DNA of 64,000 nucleotides from positions 1,216,001 to 1,280,000 of the forward strand of contig OZ242351.1 of NCBI GenBank assembly GCA_965208675.1, given 5' to 3'. The notes beneath the pieces were generated by a model, which was not told where the DNA came from, ran no database searches, and worked only from the letters and a program-made list of their open reading frames with translations. The stretch comes from Candidatus Poribacteria bacterium (GTDB taxonomy: Bacteria; Poribacteria; WGA-4E; PCPOR2b). The translations under genes and the position numbers were made by a program. Below, piece by piece: positions 47,167 through 57,614 of the stretch (positions within the stretch are counted from its first letter, which is position 1; every line of letters starts with the position of its first letter).

Positions 47167-47523
47167 TTGCGTCATTACGAAACGATTTTTATTGTTAATC
47201 CAGATCTTGAAGAAAACGAGACCAACAACGTCATCAACGGCGTCAAAACGGCCATTGAAACTAACGGCGGTAGAATTTTAACAACAGATTTATGGGGCAA
47301 GCGCAGGCTTGCTTATCCGATTAAACGCCACAAAGACGGTTACTATGCGTTATTGGTTTTTGAGAGCGATCCTAAATTTGTACGCGAACTTAATACATAC
47401 TACCGGATCGCGGAACCGATCATTAAGTATATGGTAGTGAATTTTGAAGGGGAAATCAGTGAAAGCCAAGAGGATGTCCCGGTATCAAAGGGCAATGAGG
47501 ACGCTGACGAGTCTAGGGAGTAA
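47167..47523 (+). CDS. rpsF: 30S ribosomal protein S6
   Basis: MRHYETIFI and WGKRRLAYPI; TTG start after GGGAGG. Confidence 0.97.
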   Translation: MRHYETIFIVNPDLEENETNNVINGVKTAIETNGGRILTTDLWGKRRLAYPIKRHKDGYYALLVFESDPKFVRELNTYYRIAEPIIKYMVVNFEGEISESQEDVPVSKGNEDADESRE

Positions 47524-47589
47524 GCTCACTGATGAAAGCCGAGCTTGAGACACTGTGTGACATCAAATCGGCGTGAAGGAGAAAAAATA

Positions 47590-48018
47590 ATGGCGAGTTA
47601 CAACAAGGTTATTCTGATGGGGAACCTTACGCGTGATCCGGAATTGAAGTACCTTCCGAGTGGCACCGCAGTCGCTAGATTGGGTTTGGCGGTGAATCGC
47701 ACTTATACGGATCGTCAGTCCGGTGAAAAAAAAGAGGAGGTCTGTTTTGTGGATCTCAGTGCTTTTGCACGGACCGCTGAAGTTATGAACGAATATCTTC
47801 AAAAAGGCAATCCCGTTTTTATTGAGGGACGGCTTCAATTCCAGCAGTGGGAAACCGACGACGGTCAAAGGCGAAGCAAACACGAGGTCATAGTTGAGCG
47901 GTTTGAGTTTGTGGGTGGTCGTCAAGGCGATCAGGACTCGCTCCGTGATGAGGGCGCGGGATACGCTAGCCCTACTGAAGCATCGCCTACAAATACAGAA
48001 GATGACATTCCGTTTTAA
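47590..48018 (+). CDS. ssb: Single-stranded DNA-binding protein
   Basis: NKVILMGNLTRDPEL and C-terminal DDIPF. Confidence 0.97.
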   Translation: MASYNKVILMGNLTRDPELKYLPSGTAVARLGLAVNRTYTDRQSGEKKEEVCFVDLSAFARTAEVMNEYLQKGNPVFIEGRLQFQQWETDDGQRRSKHEVIVERFEFVGGRQGDQDSLRDEGAGYASPTEASPTNTEDDIPF

Positions 48019-48050
48019 CAACCCAAAGGAAAATATTCCCGGAAATCACA

Positions 48051-48083
48051 GAAAAAGCGGGTGAAATTCACGCCCGCTTTTTC
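48051..48083 (+). terminator. Intrinsic (possibly bidirectional) terminator after ssb
   Basis: GAAAAAGCGGGTG-AAATTCA-CGCCCGCTTTTTC. Confidence 0.65.
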
Positions 48084-48233
48084 CACGTCTATTCATTAAC
48101 AATTTCCCGAATTCAATTAAAGTCGCCGGCTTCTCGGATTCTCACATTAAACGGCGAGTAAAAGTTAATCTTAAGGAAGGAGAAGCGGTAGCCTCTCACG
48201 TTTAATGCGGAGAGACTTCACCGCGATTGTATT

Positions 48234-48470
48234 ATGGAGAATGGTCCACGCAGGACATTTTCGGTTCGGCGAAAACGCTGCCGGCTATGTGCAGAAAAGC
48301 TAAAATTCATTGATTACAAAAATGTTACGCTGCTGAGGAATTTTATTACAGAGCGCGGAAAGATTATCCCGCGGCGCGTTGTTGGGAACTGCGCAAAGCA
48401 CCAAAGACAGGTCAACCGGGCAATTAAGCGGGCTCGTAACATTGCGCTTGTGCCTTTTACCCGACAGTAA
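48234..48470 (+). CDS. rpsR: 30S ribosomal protein S18 (zinc-binding type)
   Basis: [20 protein letters not shown] and CAKHQR..AIKRAR. Confidence 0.97.
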   Translation: MENGPRRTFSVRRKRCRLCAEKLKFIDYKNVTLLRNFITERGKIIPRRVVGNCAKHQRQVNRAIKRARNIALVPFTRQ

Positions 48471-48660
48471 TCCGTAGTTGAATATTCGCAATGCGGTTGG
48501 GTTCTACATTAGCGTCTATTTCCGATAGTTTAGCCTGTTTCGACCGGCGGGTATATCGGCGTTGTTATTGCGCGTCAGTAGACGCGCAGTCAACCCGGCC
48601 AAAGCTGAGGTATATTTTTTGAAAAACACAGATATCATGCTAAATTGAGGTAGAAATTCC

Positions 48661-49107
48661 ATGGAGATTATTCTAAGGCACACCGTTGAAGGACTCGGCA
48701 AAGAAGGGGCGGTATTAAACGTTGCTGACGGTTACGCACGCAACTATCTGATTCCAAAGCAACTCGCTGTTCTGGCAACAGAAAAGAACCGGCGTCTGCT
48801 AGAACATGAGCGGCGTGTATTAACCGTTAAGCACATCAAAGGAAAGCAAGAGGCCGAAAAACTGGCAGCTCAAATCGCAGATACGTCATGTACAATCCAA
48901 AGGCGGGCAGGCGAAGGTGATCGGCTCTTTGGGTCTGTAACCGCCGCGGATCTCGCCGAAGCGCTTGCCGCGCAATCTGTTGAAATCGATCGCCGTCAGA
49001 TTGAACTTGAAGCGCCCATTAGGGATCTTGGAGTTTTCATGGTTCCCATCCGACTTCATTCAGATGTCATCGCTAACCTTCAAGTTTTCGTTGTTCGTGA
49101 AGAGTAG
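48661..49107 (+). CDS. rplI: 50S ribosomal protein L9
   Basis: LG..G..V.V.DGYARNYLIP and LFGSVT. Confidence 0.97.
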   Translation: MEIILRHTVEGLGKEGAVLNVADGYARNYLIPKQLAVLATEKNRRLLEHERRVLTVKHIKGKQEAEKLAAQIADTSCTIQRRAGEGDRLFGSVTAADLAEALAAQSVEIDRRQIELEAPIRDLGVFMVPIRLHSDVIANLQVFVVREE

Positions 49108-49251
49108 TTTGTTAATCGAAAATAGAGATAATCTTAATCGCCGCCGCACACCTACGATGTTCGTCAGATTCATCAATGCACACTAATACACTGCGACAGG
49201 TTTTGGCAAAAGGTCGGATACCCATTACAAGCCCCATTTTACTATTGAGCC

Positions 49252-50583
49252 GTGCAATCCGAACCCAGAGACACACTTCATGATAAAGAAGCTGAACAGG
49301 CTGTTCTCGGCGCAATGATGACCGACCGAGCAGTTATTCCGCGTGTTGTGTCAGCGCTCGGCCACACGGCGGAACCCTTTTTCACAACAGATCATCAGCT
49401 TATCTACGCGGCGATTCATTCGAGCTACGAGCGTCATAATCAGGTCGATCCACTACTCGTCGCAAATGAACTTGAAAAAATAGATCAACTGAATCGGGCC
49501 GGCGGTGCGGTTTACCTTTACGACCTTCAGGCGCAGATCGTCGAAACTGAAAGCACTGAACTGTATGCGCAGATTGTAAAAGAAAAGTGGATGCGGCGCC
49601 AGTTGGTTCGCGCTGGGCAGCAGATCGACGCACTCGCTAACGATCAAGAACGGGAACTCAACGATGTTTTAAGCCAAGCGCAAGAGGAAGTGTTTCGTCT
49701 CAGTCATGCCGATGCCAGACGCGGCTCGATGTCGATTGCACCGCTTGTTAAGCAAACCCTTGAGGAAATTGAAAGCCTATATCATAAAGAAGAACAGATT
49801 CTCGGCGTGTCCACAGGCTTCTTTAATCTTGACGTAATGACATCAGGATTGCAGCCCGGTGATTTGAGTATTATTGCAGCGCGCCCCAGTATGGGCAAGT
49901 CAACTCTCGTGTTGAACATTGCTCAAAACATTGCCAGAAATAATCTGCCGGTCTTAATCTTTAGCCTTGAAATGCCTGCAAGGCACGTGGTGATGCGGAT
50001 GCTCGCTGCAGAAACAGGAATTGATTTTGGCCGCATCCGCACCGGTAAACTGACCGATGAACACTGGGAATCCTTGACACAAGGAACAAGCAGCTTAATC
50101 TCCGTTCCGATTTTCATCAACGATGCGCGAGGCTTGACTGTACATGAATTGCGCGCCGAAGGGAGAAGGTTAAAGGGCGAACGCGAAGATCTCGCAGTTA
50201 TAATCGTGGACTACTTGCAGTTGCTCAGCGGCACTAGTAAATACCACGGACGAGTCGAAGAAATTTCTGATATTTCACGCTCCCTCAAAACTCTCGCTTG
50301 GGAGTTAAACGTTCCGATTGTAGCATGTTCCCAACTCAGCCGTGAAGTCGAAAGGCGGCCGGATAAACGGCCTCAACTCTCCGATTTAAGGGAATCCGGC
50401 GCTATAGAGCAAGATGCCGACGTAGTCGCCTTTTTGTACAGGGAAGATTATTATGATGACCAGACCGAAGAGGACCAAGGGCTGGCTGATTTGATAATTA
50501 AAAAACAGCGAAATGGACCAACCGGTACGATTCAACTGGAATTCCATAAGAGGCTGATGCGATTCGCCGATATTCCTGCTTAA
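49252..50583 (+). CDS. dnaB: Replicative DNA helicase (no intein)
   Basis: AEQAVLG, AARPSMGKS, FSLEM, VDYLQL and SQLSR..RPQLSDLRESGAIEQDAD. Confidence 0.97.
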   Translation: MQSEPRDTLHDKEAEQAVLGAMMTDRAVIPRVVSALGHTAEPFFTTDHQLIYAAIHSSYERHNQVDPLLVANELEKIDQLNRAGGAVYLYDLQAQIVETESTELYAQIVKEKWMRRQLVRAGQQIDALANDQERELNDVLSQAQEEVFRLSHADARRGSMSIAPLVKQTLEEIESLYHKEEQILGVSTGFFNLDVMTSGLQPGDLSIIAARPSMGKSTLVLNIAQNIARNNLPVLIFSLEMPARHVVMRMLAAETGIDFGRIRTGKLTDEHWESLTQGTSSLISVPIFINDARGLTVHELRAEGRRLKGEREDLAVIIVDYLQLLSGTSKYHGRVEEISDISRSLKTLAWELNVPIVACSQLSREVERRPDKRPQLSDLRESGAIEQDADVVAFLYREDYYDDQTEEDQGLADLIIKKQRNGPTGTIQLEFHKRLMRFADIPA

Positions 50584-50678
50584 GGCGATTGACGGCTTTC
50601 GGTACACTTAAAATTTGGGAAAATCAATGCTCCACAATCTAATATTGTTGTAAACTAAAGATTTTTCATTTTAACTTT

Positions 50679-51533
50679 ATGGCTTCAATGGGCAATGACG
50701 AGGAACAATCAATCCCGACCCAACCGCATCGCCGCTCGGATTCAGTCCGTGTTGTAGATTTTGCCGGTGGTTGGATATTGAAGAAGTTACATGGAATTGG
50801 CGGCGCAGTTACATTTGTCTGTTCAATCCTTTCTCTAATTTTCAGACGCCCGTTTCAATTCAACCTGCTTGTTCGACAGTTACTGTTGGTTGGCGTAAAC
50901 TCTCTGCCGGTTGTGTTGGTCTCTGGAATCTTCACGGGAATGGTATTGGCAACGCAGGGATATCACCAACTGAAGGACCTTTCAGCGGAAGGCTCTGTCG
51001 GAAGATTTGTCAGCGTATCGGTAGTCAAAGAGCTAGGCCCCATGGTTACAGCCTTCATCTTGGCAGGCCGCATAGGCGCCTCAATCACGGCAGAACTTGG
51101 CACAATGAAGGTGACCGAGCAGATTGATGCGTTAGAAGTAATGGCGACTAGCCCGGTAAAATACCTCGTTGTACCGCGGTTCCTAGCCTGTGCAATAATG
51201 CTTCCACTCCTGACGACGTTCTCGATTGTCTTCGGGATTGCAGGAGGCTATTTCACATCCGTTTACATCTTGCCCTTCAAAATGAACGGCCGCTTTTTTT
51301 TGGAGCAGGCTAGTACTTACATTTTCATAAGCAGTGTTGTTGTTAGCCTCATCAAATCTTCAACCTTCGGAATGGCAATCGCGTCCGTAGGATGTTATAA
51401 AGGATTCACAATATCTTCTGCCGGCGGTGCAGAGGGTGTCGGTAAAGCCACAACAGGCTCAGCGGTCACTTCTCTGATTGCCATTTTAATCTTGGACTTC
51501 GTTCTGAATCATGTGCTCTATACAATCTGGTGA
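50679..51533 (+). CDS. mlaE: MlaE family ABC permease
   Basis: KELGP, AGRIGASITAELGTMKVTEQIDAL and GAEGVGKATT. Confidence 0.93.
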   Translation: MASMGNDEEQSIPTQPHRRSDSVRVVDFAGGWILKKLHGIGGAVTFVCSILSLIFRRPFQFNLLVRQLLLVGVNSLPVVLVSGIFTGMVLATQGYHQLKDLSAEGSVGRFVSVSVVKELGPMVTAFILAGRIGASITAELGTMKVTEQIDALEVMATSPVKYLVVPRFLACAIMLPLLTTFSIVFGIAGGYFTSVYILPFKMNGRFFLEQASTYIFISSVVVSLIKSSTFGMAIASVGCYKGFTISSAGGAEGVGKATTGSAVTSLIAILILDFVLNHVLYTIW

Positions 51534-51604
51534 ATCCCATCGTTGCGAGGTGTTTTGAGCGGCATGAGGTTTCCAACCCCGCGGCGGATTCAGGAAGTTG
51601 TTGA

Positions 51605-52318
51605 ATGATCCACGTTGAAAATCTGTGGAAACACTTTGGAGACAAAGCAGTCCTCAAGGGTTTGAACCTTCACATCCCTCGCGGCGAAACGTCAATCGTA
51701 ATTGGAAGAAGTGGATGTGGGAAAAGTGTTTTGCTCAAGCTGGTTACTGGGCTGATGCAGCCTGATGGTGGGGAAATCCGAATTGATGGTGAGGCAATCT
51801 CCAGCGTCAAAGATTTAAATCGGATTCGCCGAAAAATTGGCATGCTTTTCCAATCGGCGGCGTTGTTTGATTCGATGACGGTTGAGGAAAATGTTGGCTT
51901 CATGTTGTCTCAACATACAAATCTCAGCAAACGCGAAATTGAGGGAATTGTCGCGGAAAAGCTCCAGTTGGTCGATCTTGACGGCGTTCAGAAGCTGAGA
52001 CCTGCAGAACTGAGTGGGGGCATGCGAAAACGCGTCGGGCTTGCACGAGCCATCGCGTTCAATCCGGAGGTGATTCTATATGATGAGCCGACGACCGGTT
52101 TAGACCCTATAACGGGGTCAGAAATCAATCGGTTAATTCGCAATCTCCACGCGAAACTAAAGGTCACGTCGGTTGTTGTAACCCATGACATGGATAGCGC
52201 CTTCTCAGTTGGTACAAGGATGGCAATGATACACGCGGGACAAGTTATTGCATCCGGTTCTCTCGATGAAATCCGGAGGATTGATAATGCGATTCTCCAA
52301 CAGTTTATTTCTGAGTGA
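51605..52318 (+). CDS. mlaF: MlaF family ABC ATPase
   Basis: GRSGCGKS, FQSAALFDSM, LSGGMRKRVGLARA and YDEPTTGLDP. Confidence 0.93.
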   Translation: MIHVENLWKHFGDKAVLKGLNLHIPRGETSIVIGRSGCGKSVLLKLVTGLMQPDGGEIRIDGEAISSVKDLNRIRRKIGMLFQSAALFDSMTVEENVGFMLSQHTNLSKREIEGIVAEKLQLVDLDGVQKLRPAELSGGMRKRVGLARAIAFNPEVILYDEPTTGLDPITGSEINRLIRNLHAKLKVTSVVVTHDMDSAFSVGTRMAMIHAGQVIASGSLDEIRRIDNAILQQFISE

Positions 52319-52347
52319 CGGCGGCGGTTAGTCAAAAGGGGGCATTG

Positions 52348-53910
52348 GTGGCAAAGTGGAATGAGCAAGTTAAAGTGGGGCTCGTGGCTGTTATCGGCTT
52401 AGCTTTACTTGTCGTTCTGCTGTTCAATGCATCGAATTGGCCGTGGAGTGTAAGTGGTGACGTTTTGCAGGTTCATTTTGGCGCTGTAAACGACCTGCAC
52501 CTAGGCGCTGGAGTTCAATTGTCAGGCGTAAAGGTTGGAAAAGTCACGGGGATAGAACTTAAAGCGGACGAAAATATAATTGACGTTCAATTTCGCGTCA
52601 AGGACGGATTTCGGCGGTTACGCAAAGGTTGTAGAGTCAGGATTGGGACAATCGGATTTGTAGGTGAAACCTACATTGACATTACAAACGGTCCTGTGGG
52701 GAATCCGCCCCTACAGCCGGACGACCTCCCTTTGGTCGGCGAAGACCCAAAGAGCATCGTAGACCTCCTTGAAATCGCCGAGCAAGCTGTCACGCAAGCG
52801 GCTCAGGTTGCCCAGTCCGCAAATGCACTAATAGCTTCGAACCACATCGGCGTCAGTGAGGGAATCAAAGAAGTACGCGAATTGGTTGTACAAACCGGCG
52901 CCGCCTTAGAGTCGGTCGTCAGAAACACCGAAAAATCCGTCGACACCCTAACTAGGCTTGCGTCCGATAACGACTCGCGTTTGCAACAGGTTTTTAATCA
53001 AATGAACCGGTTGCTTGAAAAGTTGGAAAGCGATGCTTCAGCGCTCAGCAATGATGCGGGAGAGATTACACAGTCCGTAAGTGGTTTTATCGGCCGCAAC
53101 TCGGAGACGGTCGATGAGATTGTTAGTGATTTACACGTGAGTGCTTCCAATTTTCGAGAAATGTCCCAATCGCTGCACACGGATGTCGCCGCCCTAAAAT
53201 CTGAGATGTCGAATCTCATTCTCAAGAGTGAGGAAATTATTGACGCCGAATCACCTAAAATCGGCCGGCTGCTAGAAAACCTTACTGCCGTCTCCGCGGA
53301 TTTGGCTGGATTGCGCGAAAACTTCGCCCAATTACTGGACAAAGTGCAAAGTGGGGAGGGCAGCGTTGCTGCCTTAATTAACACGCCCGATACACACAAT
53401 AAAGCACAAGATGTGCTGCAATCGGCGGATGAAACATTCGGTGAGGTTAAAGAACTAATCCAGACGTTTAATGAAAAATCAGAGAGTTTTAAGTTTCCCG
53501 ATGTAGCTTGGGATTACGAACTCCGATCTGTGAACCTGGAGGAACGCCTCCATAACGAGTTGGCGGTTTTGTTATTGCCCGCACATAATCAGCGGTACCG
53601 ATTCGGCTTTGGCATCCGCGAGGAAGAATTGAAGTTTGAACTTCAATTCGGTTATGATTTCAACAACCATTTAAGCGGTCGTTTGGGGTTCATGCGTTCA
53701 ACACCCGGATTGGGAATCGATTTATGGCTGCTTTCGAAGAAACTCGGTGTCACAATAGAAGCGGCTCGATTGACGAGCGGTCGGCCCGAAGTGGATACGG
53801 AACTGTCGTGGAGGGTATTTCCCCATGGACACGTTATCATCGGCGCGGAAAACTTAATCGATGATATCCGTTACACAGCCGGATTTCGGCTGGCAGCAAA
53901 AAATTGGTAA
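52348..53910 (+). CDS. mlaD: MlaD/MCE protein with long helical region and C-terminal beta-barrel-like domain
   Basis: N-terminal TM segment, MCE motif GAGVQLSGVKVGKV, about 240 aa of heptad-like helix, then amphipathic beta strands ending in W. Confidence 0.88.
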   Translation: MAKWNEQVKVGLVAVIGLALLVVLLFNASNWPWSVSGDVLQVHFGAVNDLHLGAGVQLSGVKVGKVTGIELKADENIIDVQFRVKDGFRRLRKGCRVRIGTIGFVGETYIDITNGPVGNPPLQPDDLPLVGEDPKSIVDLLEIAEQAVTQAAQVAQSANALIASNHIGVSEGIKEVRELVVQTGAALESVVRNTEKSVDTLTRLASDNDSRLQQVFNQMNRLLEKLESDASALSNDAGEITQSVSGFIGRNSETVDEIVSDLHVSASNFREMSQSLHTDVAALKSEMSNLILKSEEIIDAESPKIGRLLENLTAVSADLAGLRENFAQLLDKVQSGEGSVAALINTPDTHNKAQDVLQSADETFGEVKELIQTFNEKSESFKFPDVAWDYELRSVNLEERLHNELAVLLLPAHNQRYRFGFGIREEELKFELQFGYDFNNHLSGRLGFMRSTPGLGIDLWLLSKKLGVTIEAARLTSGRPEVDTELSWRVFPHGHVIIGAENLIDDIRYTAGFRLAAKNW

Positions 53911-53975
53911 CCTACAGACTAGAGGTTCAATGCCAATAGCCGTTTAACATTATTCCTCCCCTAATAATCGTTAAA

Positions 53976-55340
53976 ATGTCAAAAGAACGTCGCCAGTTCG
54001 TTTGTCGCGAATGTGGTTACAGTTCAGCAAAATGGCTCGGGCGCTGTCCGGCATGTGAACAGTGGAACTCCTTGGTTGAAGAAGTTCAGAGTTTCACACC
54101 GAAAAAAACATCACGACGGCATCTAGGTCAGCCGGCGAGCCTTCCAGAGCCGATTACACAAATCACGGCTAGCGACGCTGACCGCCTCCACTCCGGCATC
54201 GCGGAATTCGATCGGGTACTTGGCGGGGGGTTTGTGCCTGGTTCGGTCGTCCTCCTCGGCGGAGATCCGGGTATCGGAAAATCCACGCTCCTGTTGCAAA
54301 CAAGTAACGCCCTTAGCAGTACCTATGGGAGTGTACTCTATGTCTCTGGCGAAGAGTCGGTGACACAGATGAAATTGAGGGCAAATCGTCTAGGCATTAA
54401 TTCTGATTCGCTGTACGTTATTTGTGAAAACAATCTTGAACAAATTGAAGCGCATGTTGCGTCGCTTCAACCTCATATTGTCATTATCGATTCTATTCAA
54501 TCCGTTTACGTTCCAGAAATTCAAGCAGCACCGGGTAGTATTACTCAGGTTCGTGAGAGTGCGGTCCAACTGCTGATTACCGCTAAGAACAAAAATGTCC
54601 CAATCGTGCTGGTTGGGCATGTGACAAAAGAGGGGGCTTTAGCGGGACCTCGCGTTCTTGAGCACATGGTTGACACAGTTCTATATTTTGAAGGCGAAAG
54701 CCGTCTCATTTACCGTGTGCTGCGGGCTGTCAAAAACCGATTTGGATCTACCAACGAAATCGGAATCTTCGAGATGTTGAGCAACGATCTTGTTGAAGTC
54801 AAAAATCCGTCAGCCATGTTCATTGGCGAACGGCAAGAGAATATCTCTGGATCGGTCGTCGTATCGACCATGGAGGGAACGCGCCCTTTACTTTTGGAAC
54901 TTCAAGCTCTGGTTTCGCCGGCTAGCTCTGGAATTCCGCGCAATACCGCGGCAGGCGTGGATCGGCATCGCATTGCGCTGCTCCTCGCTGTACTTCAGAA
55001 ACGTGCCGGGGTTGACATTGGCGGGTCAGATGTCTTTGTCAATATTACCGGCGGTATGCGGTTGGATGAACCGGGGATTGATCTCGGCACAGCCATAGCC
55101 ATTACATCAAACCACCGAGATATTGCCGTCGACCCGCGTACCGTTGTCATCGGTGAGGTCGGATTGGGTGGAGAAGTTCGTCCTGTTAATCATATTGAAA
55201 AGCGGTTGAGCGAAGCAGCAAAGTTGGGATTCAATCGGGCGATATTCCCCGAATACAATCGCAATAACCTGGATTTGAAGCAAGATATTAACTTAGTTGG
55301 AGTGAAGAATCTTCATGGCGCACTCAGCGAGTTACTATAA
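53976..55340 (+). CDS. radA: DNA repair protein RadA/Sms
   Basis: C4 zinc finger, GDPGIGKSTLL and KNRFG. Confidence 0.97.
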   Translation: MSKERRQFVCRECGYSSAKWLGRCPACEQWNSLVEEVQSFTPKKTSRRHLGQPASLPEPITQITASDADRLHSGIAEFDRVLGGGFVPGSVVLLGGDPGIGKSTLLLQTSNALSSTYGSVLYVSGEESVTQMKLRANRLGINSDSLYVICENNLEQIEAHVASLQPHIVIIDSIQSVYVPEIQAAPGSITQVRESAVQLLITAKNKNVPIVLVGHVTKEGALAGPRVLEHMVDTVLYFEGESRLIYRVLRAVKNRFGSTNEIGIFEMLSNDLVEVKNPSAMFIGERQENISGSVVVSTMEGTRPLLLELQALVSPASSGIPRNTAAGVDRHRIALLLAVLQKRAGVDIGGSDVFVNITGGMRLDEPGIDLGTAIAITSNHRDIAVDPRTVVIGEVGLGGEVRPVNHIEKRLSEAAKLGFNRAIFPEYNRNNLDLKQDINLVGVKNLHGALSELL

Positions 55341-55366
55341 TCAAAATTATAATCATATGAAAGTGG

Positions 55367-56413
55367 GTGACTCCGATGCAAATTTGGTTCATCCGGGCTT
55401 CCTTTATTTTATTTGGTGCAATTTTTGGCTTTATCACAGGAGATTGGGAGGGCTGCGGAACAGCGCTCGTCCTAGCCTCCATCTTAGTCGGCGCCGAATC
55501 ATTAATACGGCGGCCAATGTTACGGGATCTGTTCGCTTGCTTGGTCGGATTGGTTTTTGGGTTGATTGTGGCTGCTCTGATTATTTACATTGTTTCCCAA
55601 ACAACCAATATCACAAACTTAGTCAAAGCCTGCATAACGCTCTTATTCGCTTATGCGGGAATAATGATAATCTATCGAAGGCGGGAAGCTTTTGGTTTAT
55701 TTTCCCTGACAGCACAGGGCTTACAATCTACTTCCCCGGCTTTCAAAATTTTGGACACGAGTGTTATCATTGATGGGCGAATTCGCGACATCTGCGAAAC
55801 GGGGTTTATTGATGGCATCGTTGTGGTTCCGAGATTTGTACTCAATGAATTGCAGCACATTGCCGACTCTCCCGATCCCCTTCGCCGGAACAAGGGCAGA
55901 CGGGGTTTCGAGATTCTGGAAGACCTACAGCAGAATCCAAAAATCAATGTCGAGATGACGGAGGACGATTTCCCCGATGTGGCAGAAGTCGACGCAAAAT
56001 TAATCCATCTTGCCCGCAAAATACAGGCGAAAATTATTACGAACGACTTCAATTTAAATAAGGTCGCAGAACTACAAGGTGTAACCGTTCTCAACATCAA
56101 TGTGCTCGCAAATGCTATACGGCCGATTGTTGTCGCTGGCGAAGTAATCAAGGTGCGAGTAATTCGCGAGGGCAAAGAACCAAATCAAGGCGTCGGTTAT
56201 CTTGACGACGGTACGATGGTTATTGTCGAAAACGGCAAGCACTATATTGGGCAGACCGTTGAAGTGGTCATCACACAGGCACTGCAAACGAGTGCAGGCC
56301 GCATGATTTTTAGCCGCCGTAAACTCGGTGAAACGGATCGTGATGAATCGGAAGGTGAGCGTTCTTATTCCCGCAGCTGGCAGCGGAAGCCGGATGGGAC
56401 ATCGTCTTATTAG
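55367..56413 (+). CDS. Membrane PIN/TRAM domain protein (YacL-like)
   Basis: TM segments, ILDTSVIIDGRI, TNDFNLNKVA, GYLDDGTMV and QTSAGRMIF. Confidence 0.93.
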   Translation: MTPMQIWFIRASFILFGAIFGFITGDWEGCGTALVLASILVGAESLIRRPMLRDLFACLVGLVFGLIVAALIIYIVSQTTNITNLVKACITLLFAYAGIMIIYRRREAFGLFSLTAQGLQSTSPAFKILDTSVIIDGRIRDICETGFIDGIVVVPRFVLNELQHIADSPDPLRRNKGRRGFEILEDLQQNPKINVEMTEDDFPDVAEVDAKLIHLARKIQAKIITNDFNLNKVAELQGVTVLNINVLANAIRPIVVAGEVIKVRVIREGKEPNQGVGYLDDGTMVIVENGKHYIGQTVEVVITQALQTSAGRMIFSRRKLGETDRDESEGERSYSRSWQRKPDGTSSY

Positions 56414-57545
56414 AAAACCGTATTTACAACTACACGGTAAACCGATTCTCGCGCATACCATTAGTGTTTTCGATAATAACCCTGTCGTAGACTCGATATT
56501 TGTCATCGTCAATGATTCGGATCTTGAGTTGTGTGAATCAATGTCGATAAAGCCGTACGGCTTCCGAAAAGTGGCGAATCTAATCCCCGGCGGAGAAACT
56601 CGTCAAGATTCTGTTTTCAATGGCTTGCGGTTGCTTCCTAGTGATACAGATTTTGTAATTGTACATGACGGCGTCCGCCCTTTTGTCACCGGCGACTTAA
56701 TTGACTCTTGTCTTGAAGCGGTGGAGGAATGGGGGGCGGCGGTTGCCGCTGTTCCGGTCCAAGATACTATCAAGGTCGCTGATACGGACGGGTTTATTGT
56801 TGACACCCCAAACCGCAGCAAACTTTGGGCGGTGCAGACCCCTCAAGGCTTCAGGAGAGATGTGCTAATGGAAGCGCACCAACAGGCGCGGCAGACAGGG
56901 TTGCGTGCAACTGATGATGCCGCGCTCGTTGAACAACTCGGTCGCAGAATCAAGTTGATAACGGGAAATCATCGTAACCTAAAGATTACAACCGCGGAAG
57001 ATCTTCTCATCGCTGAAGCTTTTTGCACCGGTGAAAATTCAAAGTTCGCTGACCATATTCAACTTAAAAATATGCGTGTCGGAATTGGATACGATGTCCA
57101 CCGGCTGGTGGAAAATCAAAAGCTGGTTTTAGGTGGAGTTCAGATTCCTTATGCAAAAGGACTCTTGGGACACTCCGACGCTGATGTATTGACACACGCG
57201 GTTTGCGACGCAATATTGGGAGCGGCAGGCCTAGGTGATATTGGCGTACACTTTCCCGATACGGACGAAGCATACGCGGATGTCAATAGCCTTGTATTGT
57301 TGAAACACGTCAAGACACTCGTTGAACGGGACTATTCTTTCTTAAATGTGGACAGCACTATTATCGCGCAACGTCCAAAGCTTGCCGCTTACATTCCAAA
57401 AATGCGTCAGCAACTCGCTGATACGTTGTCCGTACCCGTAGATCGAATCAACATAAAAGCCACTACATCAGAAGGGCTCGGATTCATTGGCAAGGAAAAA
57501 GCGATTGCCGCGCAAGCGATTGTCAGCTTAGACGTTAGGCATTAG
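56343..57545 (+). CDS. ispDF: Bifunctional IspD/IspF (MEP pathway)
   Basis: PAAGSGSRM, HDGVRP, QTPQ and KITT, then GIGYDVH, GHSDADV, GDIG.HFP and KATT.EGLG. Confidence 0.95.
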   Translation: MNRKVSVLIPAAGSGSRMGHRLIRKPYLQLHGKPILAHTISVFDNNPVVDSIFVIVNDSDLELCESMSIKPYGFRKVANLIPGGETRQDSVFNGLRLLPSDTDFVIVHDGVRPFVTGDLIDSCLEAVEEWGAAVAAVPVQDTIKVADTDGFIVDTPNRSKLWAVQTPQGFRRDVLMEAHQQARQTGLRATDDAALVEQLGRRIKLITGNHRNLKITTAEDLLIAEAFCTGENSKFADHIQLKNMRVGIGYDVHRLVENQKLVLGGVQIPYAKGLLGHSDADVLTHAVCDAILGAAGLGDIGVHFPDTDEAYADVNSLVLLKHVKTLVERDYSFLNVDSTIIAQRPKLAAYIPKMRQQLADTLSVPVDRINIKATTSEGLGFIGKEKAIAAQAIVSLDVRH

Positions 57546-57614
57546 GTTTCGGATATGATTTCGCATATTTCCAATGCTTGGCACGATAAAACGCACCTCT
57601 AAATTGGAAAAACA

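Noticed and set aside
49252-50583. Intein in DnaB
   Set aside because: Normal length (443 aa) and contiguous helicase motifs.
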